A DNA stretch of 64,000 nucleotides from a virus (IMGVR_UViG_3300021256_000055:7124-71123), one strand, 5' to 3'. Shown: positions 50,038 to 59,950, numbered from the stretch's first letter. The notes: a model not told the origin generated them from the sequence alone. Program-made: numbers and translations.

Positions 50038-50416
50038 CTTTTGTTACCGTTTTACGAAATGGTACTAAAATACATTTATACCAAAAGTCTTCTTTATCTG
50101 GGTTTCCATAATAGCCTTTTACACAATTTATTTCTGATTTTATTTCATCAACTGCTATATCTGGAATATACCCAAAACCTTTCTCTACTTCCCAATATCC
50201 CTCTTCTGGATAATAATAATTGTTTTCAGACTGCCAATATACATGAATCCAGCCGAACATACTAAAATTAAATGAAAATATAGCATATCGTACAGTCTTA
50301 ACTTTTTCGGTACTATCGAATGACATAGGCTTTTTTGATTCTATTACCTTAAACATTTCATCAATCTTTTCCTCAGTCATCCCATCAAAATATATATTTT
50401 TCTGTTTCTTTTTCAT
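50021..50416 (-). CDS. Hypothetical protein
   Basis: AAGGT SD; overlaps the next gene. Confidence 0.65.
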   Translation of the reverse strand: MKKKQKNIYFDGMTEEKIDEMFKVIESKKPMSFDSTEKVKTVRYAIFSFNFSMFGWIHVYWQSENNYYYPEEGYWEVEKGFGYIPDIAVDEIKSEINCVKGYYGNPDKEDFWYKCILVPFRKTVTKGELYG

Positions 50417-50488
50417 TTTTAATAGTACCTTCTCAAATTAACTATAATATATTATTAAAAGTACAAAAGCCCAAAAGCATAAAATCTT

Positions 50489-51028
50489 TTAATTCCAAAC
50501 ATTATCAAATATACCTGGGCCTATATGCATAGTTTTATGACAGTAAGGACAAGCTACCTGTGGCGGATTTGTTGTAAGTATAACATTTGTGCTAAATTTT
50601 TTTCCACAAGTATTACAGGTAAACTTACCATCATTATCGGTATCATTCATAATATCTATTTTCATATTTAAGGAGTCTAACTGGTGTGAAAGCTCATTAA
50701 TTTGACTTTGGAGATTCTCCTTCTGTCGTTTTGCCTCAGCTAATTCTGATTTAATTTTAGCTTCTTCTTTTTTCTTAGAATTATCTTTCGGCTTAATTAC
50801 ATTGACTTGCTTAACTTCTATTTCAATAATATCATAATTATTTATATTAAAATTATGACGTTTTTGGTCAGTCTGCCATTTTGATAAAAGACGTTGAGCG
50901 CCAGCTACTGAAATAAATCTGGCATCTTCAATGTCATCTACCCATTTATTATAATTTCCATTATAATACATATTAGGTTTTTTACTTATTGTTGCTTCTT
51001 TAGAGTAAATTACACATAATTTTTTCAT
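50489..51028 (-). CDS. Coiled-coil protein with C-terminal zinc ribbon
   Basis: CNTC...CPYC at the C-terminus. Confidence 0.7.
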   Translation of the reverse strand: MKKLCVIYSKEATISKKPNMYYNGNYNKWVDDIEDARFISVAGAQRLLSKWQTDQKRHNFNINNYDIIEIEVKQVNVIKPKDNSKKKEEAKIKSELAEAKRQKENLQSQINELSHQLDSLNMKIDIMNDTDNDGKFTCNTCGKKFSTNVILTTNPPQVACPYCHKTMHIGPGIFDNVWN

Positions 51029-51031
51029 TAT

Positions 51032-51772
51032 TTATTCCTTAATTCTACTATGCTGGTATTCTCTAGAATAATTTATATCTTTAATAAATCTTTCTGGTTC
51101 TTTTAAGAAAGAACTTAAGTAATCAAGATTTTCAATACCAATCTCTAATTGATCATATTTCTCTTGCGTAAATATTCCGCTAAATCTTACACTAGTATCA
51201 AAATTATATCTATAATAAACTTTATCTATAAAACTTACATTTCGCATATTATCTGTTATAAGTCTTAAAAGATATCTATCCTCATACCCACTAAAAACAA
51301 TATTTCTCTTTATATTTCTCATTATCATTTTAAGAAATTTTGTTTTAATAAATCTACACCAAAGAGCCATTCCAAAAAGCTCCAAATTATCACTATGTAC
51401 TACACCTGGTTGAGGATTTATTTCACCCTTTGAGTTTTCATAAAAAAATTGTATTACGTCTGATTGATATATATTTCTAAAATCTTTTTCTTCAATATTA
51501 TTTATGATAGAATCATCAGCATCTACATACCAAACATACTGTCCATGGGCTATATCTAATCCTAGGCGTCTGCCTTCAAATTGATAAGCATTTGTTCCAT
51601 TAGAATTAATCTTATAATTACCCTCAGGTAAGTCTGATTTATCGTTTTCACGATTATCAACTAAAATTATCTCATGACTTACTTTTACTCTATTTTGTAT
51701 ATCCCATAAAATATTTGGTAAGTATTGTACGTCTTTATCACAAAATAATACTATTATTGAAAGTAGTTTCAT
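51032..51772 (-). CDS. GT2 family glycosyltransferase
   Basis: LSIIV, EIILVDN, R..G...A.G.YVWYVDADD (DxD), W..F, ED, Y.Y motifs. Confidence 0.8.
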   Translation of the reverse strand: MKLLSIIVLFCDKDVQYLPNILWDIQNRVKVSHEIILVDNRENDKSDLPEGNYKINSNGTNAYQFEGRRLGLDIAHGQYVWYVDADDSIINNIEEKDFRNIYQSDVIQFFYENSKGEINPQPGVVHSDNLELFGMALWCRFIKTKFLKMIMRNIKRNIVFSGYEDRYLLRLITDNMRNVSFIDKVYYRYNFDTSVRFSGIFTQEKYDQLEIGIENLDYLSSFLKEPERFIKDINYSREYQHSRIKE

Positions 51773-52041
51773 TTATCACTAAATTCTCCTATATCTACTG
51801 GTTGTAAAAATGCCCAAACTTCTGGAATTATTTTCCAATAAGATTCCATATCACTTGTTTTATAACAATCTTTATGCAAATAAAATTTTCCAGTATCAGC
51901 TCTAAAAAAACATAAAAAATAATCATTTTTATTTATAGCTTTATCTAGAGCATATACAAGATATAAACCAGTTTCGGTTGGAGAATCTGTATTTAATGAA
52001 CTTTTAATTTTTTCATTATCAAAAATTTCTAAGCCATACAT
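51769..52041 (-). CDS. Hypothetical protein
   Basis: Translationally coupled small ORF. Confidence 0.6.
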   Translation of the reverse strand: MYGLEIFDNEKIKSSLNTDSPTETGLYLVYALDKAINKNDYFLCFFRADTGKFYLHKDCYKTSDMESYWKIIPEVWAFLQPVDIGEFSDK

Positions 52042-52493
52042 TAGAGTAATTCATCCATTAGTTCTTCTTCTTTTTTTCCAAAAAAAGATTTAATAAACTC
52101 ACCATATTCGGGTCTAACATCAAAATTATAAATAAGCCAAAGAGGCTTTCCCTCAACATATTCTGGAAATAGCGCTTGCTGGTCCAACTTTTCAACATCC
52201 AGGCACCATTCATAATGAAACTTTTTTGGTCGCATAGGACTTTTCCAAAAGTTTAATCTAACTTTATCTAAGGAAACCTCATAATGATTTTGAATAAAGT
52301 TAACTTCCTTATAAAGGTCTGGATTTTCCTTTACACGATTTGCAAAATTGCAAATAAGCCTTTCATAGTTATTTAATGGTAGCTCTTTATTATACACATC
52401 TATAATAGGTGCGCTAACATTAGCTATATAATGGGGCTTTTCTACATAAGTTGCTTTTGTATACAAATGTTTTAAAAATTGTTTTACTTTCAT
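52041..52493 (-). CDS. Hypothetical protein
   Basis: First gene of the minus-strand operon; TAATG coupling. Confidence 0.65.
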   Translation of the reverse strand: MKVKQFLKHLYTKATYVEKPHYIANVSAPIIDVYNKELPLNNYERLICNFANRVKENPDLYKEVNFIQNHYEVSLDKVRLNFWKSPMRPKKFHYEWCLDVEKLDQQALFPEYVEGKPLWLIYNFDVRPEYGEFIKSFFGKKEEELMDELL

Positions 52494-52532
52494 ATTATAA
52501 TATTATCAAAAATTTGATAAACTAATTATTTT

Positions 52533-52721
52533 ATGTCAACGGTTATTGAAAATGAAGAATTTGGTTGGAAATTACTTTATACTAAAAAAATGGTTGAAGT
52601 ATGGAGTACCTGTAATAATTCATTTTTAGCATGCTACAAATATGGCGGAATTTATAAGTTCTGTAAAAATTTTGAAGATGCTAAAAAAGCTGTTATAGAC
52701 ATTTCTAATCAGTTAAACTAA
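52533..52721 (+). CDS. Small hypothetical protein
   Basis: ATG 5 nt after the ACTAATT motif. Confidence 0.55.
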   Translation: MSTVIENEEFGWKLLYTKKMVEVWSTCNNSFLACYKYGGIYKFCKNFEDAKKAVIDISNQLN

Positions 52722-52875
52722 TCCCTTTCATAAAAATACTAAAAACGCTTATACTAAAAATCCAATTTATTAACGTTACCATAATAGCCCTTGTAAGTAT
52801 GAAATATATTATTTTGGTATTATTTATTTATTACTTACATATTATATATAGTTTTTAAAAATAAAAGGGCGAATT

Positions 52876-53811
52876 ATGGAACCTAATATCAAATTATATA
52901 CATTAAGCAATAAAAAGAATACTAAAAAGTTTCAAGAAACATATAATAAACTTCTTACTTCACATGTTCATTATATTGGTATTTGCAAAGAAGATCCTTC
53001 ATATAATAATGGGTATACTCAAGGATTATCCCTTTCTACTCCAGATACATCTATTTTTATGTTAGAAGAAGATTGGTCAAAAGAGTTTTGTCCAAATGAA
53101 GAAGTATATAAAAAACTAAAAACTGCTGAAAAAAAGTTTTTTGAAAATAAAAATCTTGAGACAGCTTATAATTTATTAAGCGCATTTAGCTTACTTAATC
53201 CAGAATATGGTAATGTTTGCTTATCCATCAATGATGAGAAGACTGGTAATTTTTATATTTCACTTAATCGTCACCCAGAAGATATGAATGATATGGACGG
53301 GTATAATTTCTCTAAAGAAGACGCTTTTGTACACGTAACTATTAGGGATACAGACTATAGGGATATTGATGATAAATATTTTGATTCAGTTCCTAAAGCT
53401 TATACATTTATGCTTTCAGAAATGAAAACCTTTTCTGAACCGGAAATAGAATTTACTGTTAACCTAGAAAAAAATGACTTATCTGTTTTTGAATTACAGA
53501 AACTACAAAAAAATGCATTTAATGAGAACACTCAAGAATATGCTAATAAGAAATATTTAAAAAATTTTATTAAAAGAAATAAAATTATAGTAGAGTTTGG
53601 TAGTATGTATAAAGTTCCTCTTCTTAGAACTTTTACGGATAAACATACAAGTAAAGTGACTTATATTGGCGCAGCTCGTTCAAAAGACTTGTTTATTAAA
53701 GATGTAGAAAATTATATTAGTAAATATAATGCAAATAATACATCATTATGGCAACCAAATTATATGGCATCTAAATACTCTTATAGAAAAACAGATATTG
53801 AGGAGATGTAA
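52876..53811 (+). CDS. Hypothetical protein (311 aa)
   Basis: Long ORF, no motif recognised. Confidence 0.7.
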   Translation: MEPNIKLYTLSNKKNTKKFQETYNKLLTSHVHYIGICKEDPSYNNGYTQGLSLSTPDTSIFMLEEDWSKEFCPNEEVYKKLKTAEKKFFENKNLETAYNLLSAFSLLNPEYGNVCLSINDEKTGNFYISLNRHPEDMNDMDGYNFSKEDAFVHVTIRDTDYRDIDDKYFDSVPKAYTFMLSEMKTFSEPEIEFTVNLEKNDLSVFELQKLQKNAFNENTQEYANKKYLKNFIKRNKIIVEFGSMYKVPLLRTFTDKHTSKVTYIGAARSKDLFIKDVENYISKYNANNTSLWQPNYMASKYSYRKTDIEEM

Positions 53812-54279
53812 ATGTCTAGTACATACTATATTATTTCAAACCGTATAAATTGGGCAGACGAGCTGAATATTAGTGGCATATTTTTATATACAGGTGCAGA
53901 ATTAAAACAAGCTAAAAATAATATTAACTCTATAAAGAAAAGCTATCCAAAGATTGAAAATAAAACTTACACTGTATATATTGGTACAAATGAGGACATA
54001 GACGTTAGTATCAGCGATGTTGAAGATTTTCTTTCTTCTGCCACAAAAATAACTGAAGGTGAATATAAAACCTTATGTAAATATATAGGCGATATTGGCA
54101 TTAACCTTTATGATTCATTCATTAGTCGGATAGATGATGATATTGAGGAATTGGAAGAAGCTAAAGAAGCTGAAGAAAAAAGAAAACTTGAACTTAAAAA
54201 ATATAAGGCTTCTCCACTTGGAAAAAATGAGTTCGTAGTAAGTAAGCTTATAGAAAAAATTTCAGAGGATATAAAATAA
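53812..54279 (+). CDS. Hypothetical protein (155 aa)
   Basis: GAGGAG SD; coupled to neighbours. Confidence 0.7.
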   Translation: MSSTYYIISNRINWADELNISGIFLYTGAELKQAKNNINSIKKSYPKIENKTYTVYIGTNEDIDVSISDVEDFLSSATKITEGEYKTLCKYIGDIGINLYDSFISRIDDDIEELEEAKEAEEKRKLELKKYKASPLGKNEFVVSKLIEKISEDIK

Positions 54280-55784
54280 TGGCTAAAACAGATTTTAATA
54301 CACTTGGAAAATTATTTGGTGATGCTCAAAAGCTTCTTAATGACACAATAGAGTCCTTTGAAAAAGAATTTGAAGATGCAACAAGCAATGTTGAATTAAC
54401 TATTGAAGAAGTTGATAATTTAAGAAAGAATATATTATCAAAAGGAATTAATAGTACATATCTGGTAACTTGTATAGAAAAAGAATTCTATAGTAATACT
54501 ATTGAACCATTTACAATTTTTGTAACTGGAAAAAATTATAAATTATCTATGCTTCTTTTCAAGTATTATATGCCCTATTTTAATCATGCTGGAAGGGATT
54601 GGACGGATAGAACAAAATTTTCTTACCGTCTTCAGTCTCCTAAAGTTTTAGGTAGGGTTAAAGCAAAAAATATCAATGATGCGACAATAGAATTGGGCAT
54701 TAATGATTCATTAAAAGAACATCTTATGATTAGTAATAAAGAGCATAAAATTACTGATGTGGAGATGCTTGAATGGATTAATAAACATGGTATTAGTGAT
54801 TTACTGAAATCATTAAAAATTAAAGATTATACCGCATATGACTTTGAAGCAGATTTTATTAATGATAATAAACTATCTATTAAAGATAAGCCTCTCAGAG
54901 TTAGAGTAGAAGAAGCCTTCAAAAAGGCTAACATTACTGGACATATTATTTATAAAACTGAAGCGGATTTACTAATAAAAGACTTTAATAAATATATGCC
55001 TTTAATAATTAAAAGCTGTAAAAAATTTGATAGCTATAATGGTGATATTGCCAAACTTCAAGATTTTTATTGTAAAAGCGACCCTTATGATTCTGCTATT
55101 TATAGAGCACCAATTGATGAAAAATCAACTCTAAAAAATATAAATGATGACTTTAGACTGGTAAAACGTCCAGATGTAAATCAAGGATATATTAGTACAA
55201 TAAGAAATTATATTTATAAGGCTAATAAACAGCGAATAGAGTCCACTTTGGAATACGACTATGATAAGTATGTATTGTTTATGGATGATACTTTTATGCC
55301 TATTGAGTCTTTTGATGATGAATACTATTATCATAAATCAGCAGTTTTATTAAGAGACACTATAAACTTTAAGTATAACCCAAAAGTTGAACTGGATGAT
55401 GATATTAAATGGAGCTTTAGCTGTAACAATAGTTGGTATAATAATTTTAAACTTAGACAACTTGAAAATTGCTCGAAGTTAGTATATGCTATTGAAAAAG
55501 ATTCTAATCATGCAAATACTAGCAATGAGTATCCTGATTGGATTAAAACTTGGATAAAATATGCAAATATGCATGTTGTTTCTAACAGTAGCTCCACAAC
55601 AAAATATTTTAAGAATAAATGGGATAAGGAATTAACATCTGTTGATTGTAAGGTTGGTAGACTTATTATAGAAAAAAATGAAAAAGGAAAAAAATATAAT
55701 TATGATAAGGACTTTACTAGCTATCCTAACTTAGATGAAAAGTATGGACTATCTAAAATTGTATTGACTTATCAAAAAGAATAA
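54279..55784 (+). CDS. Hypothetical protein (501 aa)
   Basis: GAGG SD; TAATG coupling. Confidence 0.7.
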   Translation: MAKTDFNTLGKLFGDAQKLLNDTIESFEKEFEDATSNVELTIEEVDNLRKNILSKGINSTYLVTCIEKEFYSNTIEPFTIFVTGKNYKLSMLLFKYYMPYFNHAGRDWTDRTKFSYRLQSPKVLGRVKAKNINDATIELGINDSLKEHLMISNKEHKITDVEMLEWINKHGISDLLKSLKIKDYTAYDFEADFINDNKLSIKDKPLRVRVEEAFKKANITGHIIYKTEADLLIKDFNKYMPLIIKSCKKFDSYNGDIAKLQDFYCKSDPYDSAIYRAPIDEKSTLKNINDDFRLVKRPDVNQGYISTIRNYIYKANKQRIESTLEYDYDKYVLFMDDTFMPIESFDDEYYYHKSAVLLRDTINFKYNPKVELDDDIKWSFSCNNSWYNNFKLRQLENCSKLVYAIEKDSNHANTSNEYPDWIKTWIKYANMHVVSNSSSTTKYFKNKWDKELTSVDCKVGRLIIEKNEKGKKYNYDKDFTSYPNLDEKYGLSKIVLTYQKE

Positions 55785-55812
55785 AGATTACTTGAGTGAT
55801 AATAAAAAAAAT

Positions 55813-55973
55813 GGGGCTGTCTAATAAGTTTAGTGACTGCGGTCATTGAGCCTGTCGCCCGCTTGCGCACGGAGCGAAGCGAAGTAATGACCATTTGTAC
55901 TATATCTGGTGGTTGCTTCGCGCCTTCGGACGAGAACCTCAACCACCACAAGCTTTTCTTTTTGGACAGCCCC
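55813..55973. mobile_element. MITE/REPIN-like GC-rich element with 12-bp terminal inverted repeats
   Basis: GGGGCTGTCTAA ... TTGGACAGCCCC (11/12 match). Internal stems GGTCATT...AATGACC and TGGTGGTTG...CAACCACCA with REP-like GAGCCTGTCG and GGAGCGAAGCGAAG. GC content is far above the flanks. Confidence 0.6.
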
Positions 55974-55983
55974 TGCTATGTCC

Positions 55984-56122
55984 GCCCTTCGCTAAACGCT
56001 CACTCTTTCAGTGAGTCTTTCTTTTAAAAGCAATGCAACTTTTAGTTTTCTCACCTTCCCTTTTTTATTATCATTTTTACATCTTTCTCACTGAAAGGGC
56101 AGGGGTTCCCAGCGCTAAGGCG
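55984..56122. repeat. Second GC-rich palindromic intergenic element
   Basis: CTTTCAGTGAG (~56005-56015) and CTCACTGAAAG (~56087-56097) form an inverted pair around a T-rich spacer. Confidence 0.5.
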
Positions 56123-56183
56123 TCTTAACTGTCTTGTAAGTTAAGCGTTATTTTTGTAAAATAAATTATTATAAGGAATAAAT

Positions 56184-57419
56184 ATGAAAGTAAATGCATT
56201 AAAGGGTATGAGGGATATTCTTCCTCGTGAACAGAAAATAAGAGACTATATACAGCAGAAAATTCTTGAAACCTATCGTTCTTCCGGTTTTGAGCGCATT
56301 TCAACACCTATTCTTGAAGATTCAGAAAATATAGATAAATCTGATGGGGGAGATAACCTGAACCTTGTTTTTAAGGTTTTGAAAAGAGGAGAAAAACTGG
56401 ACTCAGCTCTTGCATCATCTCCTGATGCTAAAAGTCTTTCTGATATGGGCTTGCGTTACGATTTAACTCTTCCTCTTTCCAGATTTTATGCTGCCAACAG
56501 AAATGAGCTTATGACACCTTTTAAGGTAATTCAGACTGACCGTGTTTACCGGGCAGAAAGACCTCAGAAGGGAAGACTTCGTGAATTTGTTCAGTGTGAT
56601 ATCGATATTCTTGGAGATTCAAGCCCTAATGCAGAGGTTGAACTTATCGATGTTACTGCCCGCGCAATGCTCAATATTGGCTTTGCAGATTTTACTATTA
56701 ATGTAAACGACCGCAGAATATTAAGAAACATGCTTGAAAATATGGGTTTTGCAAAAGAATCCCTTGATTCTGTTTCTATCACTTTTGATAAACTTGATAA
56801 AATCGGTCCTGAAGGGGTAAAGACTGAATTGGAAGAAAAAAATCTTCCTTCGACTGCGGTAAATAATCTTATTGATTTTATTTCAAGTCAGAATATCAGT
56901 CTGGATGCCGTTAGTCAGAAGTGTTCTGATCCGTCAATTGCTGATGATTTGAAATATGTAATTAAGACAGTTGAAAGGGTTTCCGGTGGAAAATACAAGA
57001 TTTCCTATTCACCAAATCTTGTTCGCGGTCAGGGATATTATACAGGTATGGTTTTTGAAATTGCCTGTCCTGATTTTTCCGGTGCAGTTGGTGGCGGAGG
57101 CCGCTATGACCACATGATTGGAAAATTTTTGGGAGAAGAAATTCCGGCTGTAGGTTTTTCAATCGGTTTTGAAAGAATCTGTGCAATTCTTCTTGAAAAG
57201 GATTTTAAGATTCCAAGTGAAAAGGAAAAATGTGCTTTTCTTTATTCTGAAAACGAAGATTTTAATGAAATTTTACAGATGGCAGAAGAACTTAGAAAAA
57301 ACTACTCTGTTACAGTTATCAAAAAAGCAAAAAAAATGGGCCCTCAGTTTGCTCTTCTTGAAAAGCACGGCTTTACAAAATTTGCTCAGATAAAAGAAGG
57401 CCAGCTTACAGTAAAATAG
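56184..57419 (+). CDS. hisS: Histidine--tRNA ligase
   Basis: KGMRD.LP, GF..I.TP.LE, LRYDLT.P..R, motif 2 YRAERPQKGRLREF.QCD.DI.G, LVRG..YYTG.VFE, GGGRYD, motif 3 PAVGFSIGFERI. Confidence 0.93.
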   Translation: MKVNALKGMRDILPREQKIRDYIQQKILETYRSSGFERISTPILEDSENIDKSDGGDNLNLVFKVLKRGEKLDSALASSPDAKSLSDMGLRYDLTLPLSRFYAANRNELMTPFKVIQTDRVYRAERPQKGRLREFVQCDIDILGDSSPNAEVELIDVTARAMLNIGFADFTINVNDRRILRNMLENMGFAKESLDSVSITFDKLDKIGPEGVKTELEEKNLPSTAVNNLIDFISSQNISLDAVSQKCSDPSIADDLKYVIKTVERVSGGKYKISYSPNLVRGQGYYTGMVFEIACPDFSGAVGGGGRYDHMIGKFLGEEIPAVGFSIGFERICAILLEKDFKIPSEKEKCAFLYSENEDFNEILQMAEELRKNYSVTVIKKAKKMGPQFALLEKHGFTKFAQIKEGQLTVK

Positions 57420-57626
57420 GGAAGAAAAGCTAAAAAAACTTTTTTTCTTAAGTGCTTTGTTATATAAGGCTACTTCTCCAAATCCAATATGCTCCCATTT
57501 CAAAAAGTGTTCCTACATAATCAGGCTTTTCTAAGCTATATAATCCATCATCTTCTTTTGATTTAAAAATCAATTTACACTTCCTTAAATAACCTAAGTA
57601 TTGGTTTATCTGCTGCTAAATAAAAT

Positions 57627-57648
57627 AAGCCAGGTAAAACTGGCTTTT
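57627..57648 (-). terminator. Intrinsic terminator
   Basis: AAGCCAG-GTAAAA-CTGGCTT. Confidence 0.6.
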
Positions 57649-57659
57649 ATCTTTAATAA

Positions 57660-58391
57660 CTAAAGTTCTGAATAGAGTTTATCAGTTGCTAATTTTGGAT
57701 CCATATCTCTAAAAAACTCATTAAGAATCTGTTTAGATTCAGAATCTATTTGCTTTTTTATTTCTGCGAGTTCATCAATAGCAGTTTTAATATCTTTAAG
57801 ATATACATCATTTAATGCAATACACAAATCAATTAAGTCACCATTAAATTTTGATCCATCCTTAAAATAAATATCCTGAGTACGAACATTAACAGGAACA
57901 AATAGCTTCTCAAACCTATAATAATCTATAGGAAGACATTTTACGAGATTAGATTCCAAAAACTGAATTTGTTTTGATAACTTACTATATGCCGTATAAA
58001 GTATTGGATAGTCCGCTTCCGGTCCATTAACCATAACAAGTACTTTTTCTGCTTTTAGCTCTTCAATATTTTTATAAGGTAATACAAAAATACGGTCATT
58101 TTCAACTTTGCATGCGCCATTTTCATCACGAGTTAAAATACTAAGTATATCTATATTTAAGTCTCTATGTGGATTGTGAAAAAAATTATATTTCTTATAA
58201 TAGTCAGCTACGGAATTAAATTCTTTATCTTTGTCATAAATAAGATAATCATCCGTATGGGCAGAACTTTCTATACAAACTATACTTTTAGTTGGCCACT
58301 TCTGTTCAATAAACATCTTTTTTATATTATTTTCAAGCTTTTCGCGTTGTTTGGCTATTTTAGCCCATTCTCTTTTACTTCTATTAAACAT
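57660..58391 (-). CDS. Hypothetical protein (243 aa)
   Basis: AGGAG SD; follows the oxidoreductase. Confidence 0.7.
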   Translation of the reverse strand: MFNRSKREWAKIAKQREKLENNIKKMFIEQKWPTKSIVCIESSAHTDDYLIYDKDKEFNSVADYYKKYNFFHNPHRDLNIDILSILTRDENGACKVENDRIFVLPYKNIEELKAEKVLVMVNGPEADYPILYTAYSKLSKQIQFLESNLVKCLPIDYYRFEKLFVPVNVRTQDIYFKDGSKFNGDLIDLCIALNDVYLKDIKTAIDELAEIKKQIDSESKQILNEFFRDMDPKLATDKLYSEL

Positions 58392-58392
58392 T

Positions 58393-59904
58393 TTAGTCTC
58401 CTAATATTTTCTCAGCTACATATAATCCAGATGCTGATGACTGGCTTAATGAATGTGTCCACCCTGAGCCATCACCAATAATATATAAGCCTTTATATCC
58501 GTCTGCTTCCAGACTCGTATTTACTTTAACAGTCATATTATAGCGTTTTACTTCTACGCCATAAAGCAGATTGTCATCATTTGTCATACCTGGAACTAAA
58601 TGGTCAAGTTTCTCAATCATCTCAAGAATATCATCAAGTGTTCTCTTAGGTAAAACGTCACCTAAGTTTCCAGGCTCTGCATTCAATGTAGGAGTTACAG
58701 TATTGTGCATCATACGCTCTTTTGTAGAGCGCTTACCTCTAATCAAGTCTCCATAACGCTGAACGATAACTCCACCGCCGAGCATATTTGAAAGTGCCAC
58801 AATAGCATTTCCATATTTTGTGCTATCCTTAAATGGCTCTGTAAAGGTTCTGCTTACTAACAATGCAAAATTTGTATTATTAGTCTTTTTATTTTTATCT
58901 TCAAAAGCATGACCATTAACAGTAATAAGTCCATTTGTATTTTCGGTAACTACCTCACCAGATGGGTTCATACAGAAAGTTCTTACTTCATCTTCATAGA
59001 GTTTTGTTTTATAAACAATTTTAGACTCATATAAATCTTTAGTAATATGACTCCAGATTTCATCTGGACACTCAAATCTAATACCTATATCAACTTTATT
59101 AGACTGTGTTGGAATATTCAAATCTTGACAAAGTTGTTCTACCCATTCACTTCCAGAACGGCCTGCTGCAACTACAACTGTATTTGCAGTAAATAACAAT
59201 CTATTTGAAAGTTTATTTGCACCATTATCAGTTAAACAACTTACTAACCAATGGTATTTTGTGTCACCGATAGAATCAACATTTACTATTTCTTCAGACT
59301 TTTTAATAGCATCTACAGTAGTCTCAAACTTAAACTGAACTCCATTTTCTACAAGAAAATTATAGAGCTTACCATAAATAACTTGACCAATATCCGTACC
59401 TAAATGTCTAATTTCTGCGTCAAGTAAGTGCAAATTATGCTGTGTACAAATTTTTTTATATGAAGAGCTTTTAGAAGAATATAATTTTGGAAAAGCTTGT
59501 TCTGGCTTATTATATTCTATCCAACTAATATTATGCTCATTTTTACAACCAATATTTTCATAATAGAATTGTCTATTTATACCATCTACTTTTTTCTGGA
59601 GTTCTAAAGATTTTTCTTTTCCTATTTTTTCCCAAAGACTTCCACCAAAATCATTTGTAATAGGAAATTTTCCATCTGAAAAAGCTCCAGCTCCGGCACA
59701 ACCAGACATAATTGAGCAAACTTTACAATTTACACACTTTACGCCTTTTTCAATAGCTGGACATTTTCTATTTTCTAAAGATTTTCCTTTTTCAATAATT
59801 AAAACTTTACTTTTAGGATTTTTACTAATCAATCCATATGCGGTATAAAGGCCAGCAGGACCAGCACCTACAATTACAACATCATACCTGATATCTTTAT
59901 TCAT
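58393..59904 (-). CDS. FAD-dependent oxidoreductase (COG2509-like uncharacterised dehydrogenase)
   Basis: YDVVIVGAGPAG, Cys cluster CP...C..C..C.I..G..GAGAFSDGK, RHLGTD, VRTFCMNP.G.V, VNGH, NFALL, YG.EVK.Y, GDG.G motifs. Confidence 0.85.
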   Translation of the reverse strand: MNKDIRYDVVIVGAGPAGLYTAYGLISKNPKSKVLIIEKGKSLENRKCPAIEKGVKCVNCKVCSIMSGCAGAGAFSDGKFPITNDFGGSLWEKIGKEKSLELQKKVDGINRQFYYENIGCKNEHNISWIEYNKPEQAFPKLYSSKSSSYKKICTQHNLHLLDAEIRHLGTDIGQVIYGKLYNFLVENGVQFKFETTVDAIKKSEEIVNVDSIGDTKYHWLVSCLTDNGANKLSNRLLFTANTVVVAAGRSGSEWVEQLCQDLNIPTQSNKVDIGIRFECPDEIWSHITKDLYESKIVYKTKLYEDEVRTFCMNPSGEVVTENTNGLITVNGHAFEDKNKKTNNTNFALLVSRTFTEPFKDSTKYGNAIVALSNMLGGGVIVQRYGDLIRGKRSTKERMMHNTVTPTLNAEPGNLGDVLPKRTLDDILEMIEKLDHLVPGMTNDDNLLYGVEVKRYNMTVKVNTSLEADGYKGLYIIGDGSGWTHSLSQSSASGLYVAEKILGD

Positions 59905-59950
59905 TCTATTCCTCTATTATTCCTAAATAATTTTTTAGCCAAAGTTTATA

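Noticed and set aside
55833-56027. 64-aa ORF upstream of hisS
   Set aside because: It lies across the palindromic repeat elements and is better explained as non-coding repeat DNA.
55813-56183. T-box riboswitch or tRNA upstream of hisS
   Set aside because: No T-box consensus (AAnnnGGGTGGnACC-like) with terminator and no cloverleaf or TTCGA arm were found; terminal inverted repeats fit a MITE/REP better.
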